Notes under the pieces: model-generated
Databases searched by the model: none
The model's input: the letters and a program-made list of their open reading frames with translations, nothing else
What the model was told of the DNA's origin: nothing
Shown: one piece after another, positions 26,303-33,848 of the stretch
Layout of the letters: every line of letters starts with the position of its first letter
Numbering within the stretch: the first letter of the stretch is position 1
Assembly: GCA_965650215.1 (NCBI GenBank)
Contig: CBFGOB010000001.1
Span: forward strand, 1 to 37,631
Reading direction: 5' to 3'
DNA from: an uncultured bacterium
Lineage (GTDB): Bacteria > Verrucomicrobiota > Verrucomicrobiia > Verrucomicrobiales > Akkermansiaceae
DNA: 37,631 nucleotides
Translations under genes and position numbers: made by a program

Positions 26303-27661
26303 TTATTCCAGGCGGATCACGGTGGCGATGGGGTCGGGCAGTGTCGGGGTGAGGTGGATGATGGCTTGTTCGTCCTTGCGTGTGACCTTGAGGGACCCAC
26401 CATTGGCGAGCAAGGTGGCTTTGGAGCCGGGAAGCGCGATGGTGATCGTGCCATCGGCGGGGCGGGAGAAGAGGTGGAGGTAATGGACCTTGCCTTTGGT
26501 GGTGATGCGGCCGTCGAAGGCCGGGGTGCCGAGCGGTGCTCTGGTGGTGCCGCGGATCGCTTCGGCGTTGGTGTCCATCCATTTGCCGATCGCCGTCATG
26601 GTGTCGATGCTGGGTTGGGGGATGGAACCATCACCCGTGGGTCCGACGTTGAGCAGGAAGTTGCCACCCTTGCTGGCGATGTCGACCAACTTGCGGATGA
26701 TCGCTTCCGGGGATTTCCAGTGGTGGTCGTGCTCGTTGTATCCCCAGGTGCCGTTCATCGTCATGCAGGTTTCCCAGTCTCCTGCGGGGATGTTCTTTGC
26801 GGGGATGTGCTGTTCGGGCGTGATAAAGTCTCCGAATTGGTGATCGAGTGTGGAACCGCTTTTGCCGGTCGCCATGTTCCAACCGGATTCCTCGGTGCGG
26901 AAGAGCCGGTTGTTGATGATGACTGCGGGTTGTTTGGCGCGGACCTTTTGGATCAGATCGAAGGCCCGCCAGCCCTCTTGTCCCTGAAGGTCGGGGGCGC
27001 TGTAGTCGAACCACATGAGGTCCACCTTGCCGTAGTCCGAGATCAACTCATCCACCTGTGCGTGCAGGAAATCGACGTACTTCGCATGGTCGCGGGTGCC
27101 ATTGGGGTAGGGGTCTCCCTTGAGCGGATGCGGGAGGATGTTCGTCCGGTTGTATGCATACTGGTCGTGGTGCCAGTCGATCAGCGAATGATAGAAACCG
27201 ACGCGCAAGCCTTCGGCGCGGCAGGCATCGACGAATTCCCGGACCAGATCGCGGTTCAATGCCGCGCCGGCGTGGAAATCGCCGAACTCCGAATCGTGCA
27301 GGGCGAATCCGTCGTGGTGCTTGGTGGTGAGCACGACATATCCGCATCCGGCGGCTTTCGCGAGCTTGGCCCACTCCGCTGCGAAGCCCGTCTTGGGTTG
27401 CAAGGTGGGAATGGCCGCCTTGGCATAGGAGCCGGTATCGGCCCTGACTTTGAGTGGCACAAAGATGCCCTCGGGCTCATCAGCGGGTTTGCCGTTCCAG
27501 TTGCCGGCGAGACCCGAGTAGATCCCCCAGTGCACGAACATCCCGAAGCGCGCATCGCGCCACCAGGCCATGCGGGCATCGCGATCGGCAGGGGTCTCGG
27601 ACCGGACGCCTGTGACCGACAGAAGCGCAAGCGCGAGGATGCGAAGCGGGATGGATTTCAT
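26303..27661 (-). CDS. GH29 alpha-L-fucosidase family protein (paralogue A), 452 aa
   Basis: WWRDARFGMFVHWG, TTKHHDGF, nucleophile MWFDYS, FITPEQ, WETCMTM and GGNFLLNVGP. Signal peptide from ATG 27661. Confidence 0.93.
   Translation of the reverse strand: MKSIPLRILALALLSVTGVRSETPADRDARMAWWRDARFGMFVHWGIYSGLAGNWNGKPADEPEGIFVPLKVRADTGSYAKAAIPTLQPKTGFAAEWAKLAKAAGCGYVVLTTKHHDGFALHDSEFGDFHAGAALNRDLVREFVDACRAEGLRVGFYHSLIDWHHDQYAYNRTNILPHPLKGDPYPNGTRDHAKYVDFLHAQVDELISDYGKVDLMWFDYSAPDLQGQEGWRAFDLIQKVRAKQPAVIINNRLFRTEESGWNMATGKSGSTLDHQFGDFITPEQHIPAKNIPAGDWETCMTMNGTWGYNEHDHHWKSPEAIIRKLVDIASKGGNFLLNVGPTGDGSIPQPSIDTMTAIGKWMDTNAEAIRGTTRAPLGTPAFDGRITTKGKVHYLHLFSRPADGTITIALPGSKATLLANGGSLKVTRKDEQAIIHLTPTLPDPIATVIRLE
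26543..26721. repeat. 179-bp perfect direct repeat inside GH29 paralogue A; identical to 29994-30172
   Basis: Manual alignment found no mismatch from GGTGGTGCCGCGGATCGC to GGATTTCCAGT. The flanks diverge immediately. Confidence 0.9.
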
Positions 27662-27686
27662 GGGGGTGATCTTAAGCAGAAAAATC

Positions 27687-27815
27687 AATCGCAGCTGAAC
27701 GCGGATGCTAGGATGCCAGGAGACTTGTGAAACATGGGGAATTCGCCCGCTGGGTGAATGCTAGGTTCAACGCGAATCTTTGATGATCTGCGTGAATCTG
27801 CGGCCATCGGCGGTT
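27687..27815. repeat. Degenerate inverted repeat with 10-nt periodic arms (AACCGCAGAT/ATCTGCGGTT type)
   Basis: Left arm AATCGCAGCTGAACGCGGAT (27687-27706). Right arm ATCTGCGTGA-ATCTGCGGCC-ATCGGCGGTT (27786-27815), abutting the stop of the upstream gene. Confidence 0.6.
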
Positions 27816-29707
27816 CAATTGGAGCTGGCGGCTGGTTCAAGGGGCCAAACCCTGACGGACTTGCCGGACAAGGGTTTTTCCAACGGGCCGGGAAACGGAT
27901 TCTCCGGGTTGCGCTTGTTGCCGAAATAATCGGTGTTGATCGTCAGCGGCGAAGCATCGGGATTTTCGTAAGCACCGCCTGTCACTTTCGGCTTGCCGAG
28001 CAGATCGGTGGTCACGGGTTGGCAACGGGCCTTTTCACGCCACTCCTCTTCCGTGTTGAGGGTGAGATGCCAGCCATCGTCTTTCTGCTCGAGCCTCACG
28101 CCCACATCGACCTCCGGCAACGCCAGCGCCGCGGTGTCGAACTTCAGCGGGGTCGCGCCTTTCGGGAAGACATTGCCGGCGGCGAAACACGGCCACATCG
28201 TCGTGTTGATGGGTTTCCGGCGGTCCTCGGCTGCAGTGATGATGTTGTTGTAAAAGCGGTGATCGCCACTGTGGCCATCCGCGCAGGGATGCATTCCCGC
28301 GATCGCCGTGTCATGTGCCTTCAGAAACGGCGTGATGCGGTTGTCGCCCACCATGGAGCGAATCCTTCCCACGATCAAATTGTGCGCGAATGCCATGCCA
28401 ACGGCATTCACGGTCATGGCTGTGCGGGACATGAGCAGATTGTTGGAAAGCAGCATCGGGCCATGCTGCATTTCCAGGAACAGATCCTCGCTGTTGTTGC
28501 GCATCAGATTCCCCTCAAGGCGCACGCCCTGCCCCATCCAGTCCAGCCAGATTCCGGACCGGCTGCAGTTGTAGATATGGTTGTGGCTGATGACCATATC
28601 CACCGCGCCGTGGAACTTGATGCCGGCCATTTCGGCACCGGTGTACAGCTTGCGGACATGGATGTCGTGGATCTCGTTGCCGGTCACGGTGCTGTAGGCG
28701 CAGCCGAGGCTGCCGACGATCCCCGTTTGTTCGCAGTGGGAGATCCTGTTGTTGCGAACCAGATGGCTACCGATGGTTTCCTTGTTCCAACCGTTCTTCA
28801 GCGCGCGTTCGATGGTGGCGACATAGCCGCCGGTTCCGCCTTTCATTTCCTTCTGCAGCCATTCCGGCTTGTCCCTGATCGCCTCACCATTGTCCCATTC
28901 ATCGCCGTATTTCCCCAACGCCACGCCGGCGCATGGAGAATACGCGATGCGGTTGTTCTCGATGATCCAGCCCTTGCACCAGTAGGCGGTGATGATCCCG
29001 ATCTGCGCGGCGGTGGGAGGCGCCCACGGCGAGGCGGCAGCCCGCAACTCGAAGCCCCGCACGGTCAGGTAATTGATGCCTGTTTTCGACGGCGTGAACA
29101 CGGTTTTGCGGACGTTGATCTCCACATTCTTCTCGTTCGGATCGACGTCCTTGAACTGTGCGAGGATCGTGGTGTTCGCATCATCCACCGTGGCAAACCA
29201 GAATGGATTGTTGCCAACCGGCTTCATCACTTCCTCCTGTTTGACGGTTTCCGTGAGCCAGTGCCCGTCGAGATACACCGCGCCGGTGTGGTAGCCACCG
29301 CGATTGCCGCACCAGTCGCCACGAACGACATCCGAGAACGGATTGAAATCGCCGAAGAACGTGTTCGGAAGGATCACCTTCCAGGTGTCATTCGAGACCT
29401 TCGTCCAGCCTTTGACCGGCTCAGCGCCGGTGATGACGGCCTTTGCTCCCGCAGCGGCCTGATAGATGATGCGTTTCTCATCCGACGCGCCGCCCCGCGG
29501 CGGGTCAATCCGCTCGCGATAGATGCCTTCATGAACGGTGATGGTGTCGCCGGGCCGGGCGACATCGGCGGCACGCTGGATCGTGCGAAACGGCTTGTTT
29601 TCCGTGCCAGGGTTCCCGTCATCCCCCTTCGGGGCGACGTGGATTTCCGCGGCATGGGCAAGCGCCGAAGCGAGGGTGATGAGGGTCAGGTATTGGGCCG
29701 TTTTCAT
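27815..29707 (-). CDS. GH120-like beta-xylosidase (DUF1565 / right-handed beta-helix), 630 aa
   Basis: EIHVAPKGDDGNPGT..PFRTIQRAA..PGDTITVHEGIYRERIDPPRGG, VEINVRKTVF, WAPPTAAQIG, KGWIIENN, IGSHLVRNN, GAEMAGIKFHG and GIWLDW. Has a signal peptide. Confidence 0.85.
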   Translation of the reverse strand: MKTAQYLTLITLASALAHAAEIHVAPKGDDGNPGTENKPFRTIQRAADVARPGDTITVHEGIYRERIDPPRGGASDEKRIIYQAAAGAKAVITGAEPVKGWTKVSNDTWKVILPNTFFGDFNPFSDVVRGDWCGNRGGYHTGAVYLDGHWLTETVKQEEVMKPVGNNPFWFATVDDANTTILAQFKDVDPNEKNVEINVRKTVFTPSKTGINYLTVRGFELRAAASPWAPPTAAQIGIITAYWCKGWIIENNRIAYSPCAGVALGKYGDEWDNGEAIRDKPEWLQKEMKGGTGGYVATIERALKNGWNKETIGSHLVRNNRISHCEQTGIVGSLGCAYSTVTGNEIHDIHVRKLYTGAEMAGIKFHGAVDMVISHNHIYNCSRSGIWLDWMGQGVRLEGNLMRNNSEDLFLEMQHGPMLLSNNLLMSRTAMTVNAVGMAFAHNLIVGRIRSMVGDNRITPFLKAHDTAIAGMHPCADGHSGDHRFYNNIITAAEDRRKPINTTMWPCFAAGNVFPKGATPLKFDTAALALPEVDVGVRLEQKDDGWHLTLNTEEEWREKARCQPVTTDLLGKPKVTGGAYENPDASPLTINTDYFGNKRNPENPFPGPLEKPLSGKSVRVWPLEPAASSN

Positions 29708-29753
29708 GTCTTCAAATGGTTCAAGGATTTGTCTTTCTGGATTTGAGGAAGGA

Positions 29754-31112
29754 TCATTCCAGGCGGATCACGCTGGCGATGGGATCGGGGAGGGTCGGCG
29801 GAAGGTGGATGATCGCTTGTTCGCCCTTGCGCGCGACCTTGAGGACCTCTCCACTGGTCAGCAGGGTGGCCTTGGTGCCGGGAAGCTTGATGGAGATCTC
29901 GCCGGTGGCGGGGCGGGAGAAGAGGTGGAGGTAGTGGGTTTTTCCTTTGGTGGTGATGCGGCCGTCGAAGTTGGGAATGCCGAGCGGTGATTGGGTGGTG
30001 CCGCGGATCGCTTCGGCGTTGGTGTCCATCCATTTGCCGATCGCCGTCATGGTGTCGATGCTGGGTTGGGGGATGGAACCATCACCCGTGGGTCCGACGT
30101 TGAGCAGGAAGTTGCCACCCTTGCTGGCGATGTCGACCAACTTGCGGATGATCGCTTCCGGGGATTTCCAGTCCTGATCGTGCACCGAATACCCCCAGAC
30201 CCCGTTCATGGTCATGCAGGTTTCCCAATCCGCTTCAGATATTCCGCTTTCGGGGATGTGTTGTTCCGGCGTGATGAAGTCGCCAAATTGGGTGTCGAGC
30301 GTGGTGCCGCTGGAACCGGTTTTCACGTTCCATCCCGCCTCTTCGCTGCGGAAGAGCCGGTTGTTCATGATGATGCCCGGCTGTTTTGCCCGGACCATCT
30401 TCATCAAGTCGAAGGCACGCCATGCTTCCTGTCCCTGAAAGTCCGGTGCGCTGTAATCGAACCACATGACATCCACCTTGCCATAGTTTGAAAGCAGTTC
30501 ATCCACCTGGGTGTGAAGATAGTCGACGTATTTCGCATGCTCGCGAAGGCCGTTTGGGTAGGGTTTGCCCTTGAGCGGATGATGAAGCGTCGTTGAACGG
30601 TTGTATTCATACTGGTCGTGATGCCAGTCGATCAGCGAATGATAGAAACCGACGCGCAGGCCTTCGGCGCGGCAGGCATCGACGAATTCACGGACCAGAT
30701 CCCGCTCCAGTACCGAGCCGGCGTCGAAATCACCGGCCTTCGAATCATGAAGGGCGAAGCCATCGTGGTGTTTGGTGGTCAGCACCACGTAGCGGCAGCC
30801 GGCGGCTTTCGCGAGCTTGATCCATTCGCGTGCGAATCCCGCCTTGGGACTGAACTGCTGAATGCCGGCCTTGGCATAAACAGCCGTGTCCACCTTGGCT
30901 TTCAATGGGATGGAGATCGAGTCGGGATCAACGATCATCCTGCCATTCCAGTTGCCGGCGAGACCGGAGTAGAGTCCCCAGTGGACAAACATCCCGAAGC
31001 GTGCCTCCCTCCACCAGGACATGCGGGCATCACGATCCGCCGCGGTTTCGGCCCGGACGCAGGAGGCTGACAGAAAAAGCAGGGCGAAGGTGCGCAGGAG
31101 GCTGGATTTCAT
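29754..31112 (-). CDS. GH29 alpha-L-fucosidase family protein (paralogue B), 452 aa
   Basis: WWREARFGMFVHWG, TTKHHDGF, MWFDYS, FITPEQ and GGNFLLNVGP. Signal peptide from ATG 31112. Confidence 0.93.
   Translation of the reverse strand: MKSSLLRTFALLFLSASCVRAETAADRDARMSWWREARFGMFVHWGLYSGLAGNWNGRMIVDPDSISIPLKAKVDTAVYAKAGIQQFSPKAGFAREWIKLAKAAGCRYVVLTTKHHDGFALHDSKAGDFDAGSVLERDLVREFVDACRAEGLRVGFYHSLIDWHHDQYEYNRSTTLHHPLKGKPYPNGLREHAKYVDYLHTQVDELLSNYGKVDVMWFDYSAPDFQGQEAWRAFDLMKMVRAKQPGIIMNNRLFRSEEAGWNVKTGSSGTTLDTQFGDFITPEQHIPESGISEADWETCMTMNGVWGYSVHDQDWKSPEAIIRKLVDIASKGGNFLLNVGPTGDGSIPQPSIDTMTAIGKWMDTNAEAIRGTTQSPLGIPNFDGRITTKGKTHYLHLFSRPATGEISIKLPGTKATLLTSGEVLKVARKGEQAIIHLPPTLPDPIASVIRLE
29994..30172. 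repeat. 179-bp perfect direct repeat inside GH29 paralogue B; identical to 26543-26721
   Basis: See partner copy; offset 3451 bp. Confidence 0.9.
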
Positions 31113-31156
31113 GGGAGTGGGGATTCGAGGTGGGAGACCGTCCGGATGCAAGCGGA

Positions 31157-32515
31157 TCACTCGAGGCGGATGACCGTTGCCACCGGATCGGGCAATGCCG
31201 GAGGAAGCTGGATCACGGCCCGTTCGCCATTGCGCCATGCCTTGAGGGCTTGATTTTCATGCAGCAATGTCGCCTTGGTGCCGGGAAGCTTGATGGAGAT
31301 CTCGCCGCTGGCGGGGCGGGAGAAGAGGTGGAGGTAATGGGCCTTCCCTTTGGCCGTGATGCGGCCGTCGAAGTCCGGCAGGCCGATCGGTGATCTGGTG
31401 GTGCCGCGGATCGCTTCGGCGTTGGTGTCCATCCATTTGCCGGTGGCCGTCATGATATTGACGCTCGGTTGTGGGATCGAACCGTCAGCGGTCGGTCCGA
31501 TGTTGAGGAGGAAGTTGCCGCCCTTGCTGGCGATGTCGATGAGGGTGCGGATGATCGTTTCCGGCGACTTCCAGTTGTGATCGTATTCGCTGAATCCCCA
31601 GGTGCCGTTCATCGTCATGCAGGTTTCCCAGTCCATTCGGGCGTCAAAGGCGTTGGGGACATGCTGTTCGGGGGTGGCAAAATCACCAAAGCCCCCATCG
31701 AGCGGACGGCTGATGTCGGCACCGCCATCGATGCTGAAGCCTGCTTCCGGTCGGCGGAACAGGCGGTTGTTCATGATGAGGTGCGGCTGTTTTTTGCGGC
31801 ACTTGTCCATCAAGTCGCCGGCCCTCCACGCCTCGTCTCCGTCAAAGCCGAACGAGCTGTAATCCCACCAGACGATGTCCACCTTGCCGTAGTTCGACAT
31901 CAATTCATCGACCTGGCCATGAAGGAAATCGACGTAGCGGTTGTGGTCGCGCGGGCCGTGACTCATCCGTATGCCGTCTTTGGGGTAAGACGGAGCGGTG
32001 GCCTTGGTGTAATCGTATTGCGGGTGGTGCCAATCGATCACCGAGTGGTAGAAACCGACACGCAGGCCCTCCTTGCGCAGCGCCCCGGTGATTTCCCGGA
32101 CCAGGTCGCGGTTGAGCACATCACCGGCATCGAACTGGGTGAGCTTCGAATCGTGCAAGGCGAAGCCATCGTGGAATTTGGTGGTGAACACCACATACTG
32201 GCAGCCGGCCTGCCGGGCGAGTTTCGCCCATGCGGTGGCAAAGTCCGGTTTTGGTTGGAAATCCGGGATGGTTGCGGCGGCGTAGCTGTGGGTATCCGCA
32301 TCGACCAGCCGTTGCGTGTGTTCCAGGTTCTGGTCGCCGGGCACCGGCTTGCCCTTCCATGTTCCGGCCAGTGACGAATAGAGTCCGTAGGTGACGAACA
32401 TTCCGAAGCGCGCCTCGCGCCACCAGGCCATGCGGGCATCACGATCCATCCCGGCCCGCGCTCCCGTGGCGAAGCACAGGGACAAGGAGCCAATTTGAAG
32501 CAGCTTGGATTTCAT
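31157..32515 (-). CDS. GH29 family protein with atypical -1 subsite (paralogue C), 452 aa
   Basis: FGMFVTYG (normally VHWG), TTKFHDGF (normally KHHDG), VWWDYS, FATPEQ and GGNFLLNIGP. Signal peptide from ATG 32515. Confidence 0.92.
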   Translation of the reverse strand: MKSKLLQIGSLSLCFATGARAGMDRDARMAWWREARFGMFVTYGLYSSLAGTWKGKPVPGDQNLEHTQRLVDADTHSYAAATIPDFQPKPDFATAWAKLARQAGCQYVVFTTKFHDGFALHDSKLTQFDAGDVLNRDLVREITGALRKEGLRVGFYHSVIDWHHPQYDYTKATAPSYPKDGIRMSHGPRDHNRYVDFLHGQVDELMSNYGKVDIVWWDYSSFGFDGDEAWRAGDLMDKCRKKQPHLIMNNRLFRRPEAGFSIDGGADISRPLDGGFGDFATPEQHVPNAFDARMDWETCMTMNGTWGFSEYDHNWKSPETIIRTLIDIASKGGNFLLNIGPTADGSIPQPSVNIMTATGKWMDTNAEAIRGTTRSPIGLPDFDGRITAKGKAHYLHLFSRPASGEISIKLPGTKATLLHENQALKAWRNGERAVIQLPPALPDPVATVIRLE

Positions 32516-32550
32516 CGGACTGCTAGAGATCCACAGGGTGGGGGTGAAGA

Positions 32551-33603
32551 TCAGTTGCGATCGGCGGCTTCCGCCTTGCGGATCATGTTCCCGACCTCGC
32601 GGAGGGTTTGGAGGTCGATTTCCCGGAGTTTGCCTTCCGGGTTGGGGCCGACGTTGAGGGAGAAGATGTTGCCGAATTTGCGTGCGCCCTGGTAGTCCGC
32701 GAAAATTTTCGCGGCCGGATGGCACAGGTTGTCGTGTTCAGGCAGCGAGTAGAACCACTCCGCGCCGCCCTTGTGGTCCGGCAGGATCGGGTAGGTGAAT
32801 TCGGCGAGGAGGTAGCCGCGGTAATTCGTCTCCGCGTCCTTGTTGTAGCGGGTGGTGCTGGCATCGCCGATTTTTCCCGGGCGGCCTTTTTCCCGGAGGT
32901 TGAGTCGTCCGGCGGGTTCGCCGTGGTTGAAGCCGACGAAGCTGTTGGGTTGGAATTGGTGAACCCACCGGACGGTGTCCGCGTGGGACAGGCCGCCGTT
33001 ACCGGTCGCATGGTCCATCCACCAGAATTCGATCGGGCCGTAGCGGGTGAGCAGCTCCTTGAGCTGGGCTTTTTTCATTTCCGGATTCACGCCACCTTCC
33101 ATGCCGAGGCCGTTTCCCCCCTTGCCATCCTTGGCGCCGGGCCAGTTCCAATCGCCTTCGGAGAAATAGAGCGCCAGCTTCAGCCCATGTTTGTCGCAGG
33201 ATTTCTTCAGTTTTGCGAGGACATCGATGCCGAGCGGGCTGTTGGTGACCTTCTTGTCGGTGGTTTCGGTGTCCCACAGGCAAAAGCCGTCGTGATGCTT
33301 CGCGAGAAAAAGGATGTAGCCCATTCCGGCGTCCTTGGCGGTCTGGCACCATTGATCGGTGTCGCATCCGGTCACCTTGAAGTAGGAGGCATCCTTGTCC
33401 TGCGTCGGCGTCCATTCACGGCCGGAAAACGTGCTGAACGACCAACAGACGAACATGCCCCAGCGGAGGTCGAGGATCTGTTGGGCGCGCACCTCGTCGG
33501 GCAGGCGGGCCTGGGGGGTATGGTTTTCTGCGGCAACCGGAAGGATCGATACGGCAATCCACATGACCGCGAGACGGATGATGGGGGAGAAGGAGGATTT
33601 CAT
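32551..33603 (-). CDS. Divergent single-domain GH29 family protein (paralogue D), 350 aa
   Basis: LRWGMFVCWSFSTFSGREW, DTDQW, LAKHHDGFCLWDT, QLKELLTRYGPIEFWWMD and LNVGPNPEG. No C-terminal beta-sandwich. Signal peptide MKSSFSPIIRLAVMWIAVSILPVAA from ATG 33603. Confidence 0.88.
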   Translation of the reverse strand: MKSSFSPIIRLAVMWIAVSILPVAAENHTPQARLPDEVRAQQILDLRWGMFVCWSFSTFSGREWTPTQDKDASYFKVTGCDTDQWCQTAKDAGMGYILFLAKHHDGFCLWDTETTDKKVTNSPLGIDVLAKLKKSCDKHGLKLALYFSEGDWNWPGAKDGKGGNGLGMEGGVNPEMKKAQLKELLTRYGPIEFWWMDHATGNGGLSHADTVRWVHQFQPNSFVGFNHGEPAGRLNLREKGRPGKIGDASTTRYNKDAETNYRGYLLAEFTYPILPDHKGGAEWFYSLPEHDNLCHPAAKIFADYQGARKFGNIFSLNVGPNPEGKLREIDLQTLREVGNMIRKAEAADRN

Positions 33604-33786
33604 GAAATCGAGATCGCGGACAATGCCATCTGGGGTCACGCAGCCGTTCCGCCACCGCCAGCACACCCGGGGACGTGCCGGGCTTGGCGGTTTTTTGAAA
33701 TCGGACGCAAACTCTTCTGCATCCACAGCGCGCATGGGAGCGATATGATCAGCAGGGATGAATGGTTCATGTTCAAGTGATGACAT
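33604..33786 (-). pseudogene. Relic N-terminus of a GH106-type glycosidase gene, in frame with the start of GH29 paralogue D
   Basis: Translates AEEFASDFKKPPSPARPRVCWRWRNGCVTPDGIVRDLDFMK, matching the GH106 N-terminal pattern F..PP..ARP..WW.W..G.VT..GI..DL..MK (compare EARPGSYWWWPGSAVTREDL in the intact GH106 here). A signal-like MNHSSLLIISLPC (ATG 33770) lies upstream in a shifted frame. Confidence 0.72.
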
Positions 33787-33848
33787 ATGGTCGGTTGTTC
33801 AAGCTGGTGTGGACCATCGCTCCCAGCGCTCCAGGATCCAGGACGCGC

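Noticed and set aside
26303-26320. Shared C-terminal VIRLE of four GH29s as a ligand for the PDZ domain or a sorting signal
   Set aside because: It is the ordinary last beta-strand of the GH29 C-terminal domain, and PDZ ligands usually end in a hydrophobic residue.
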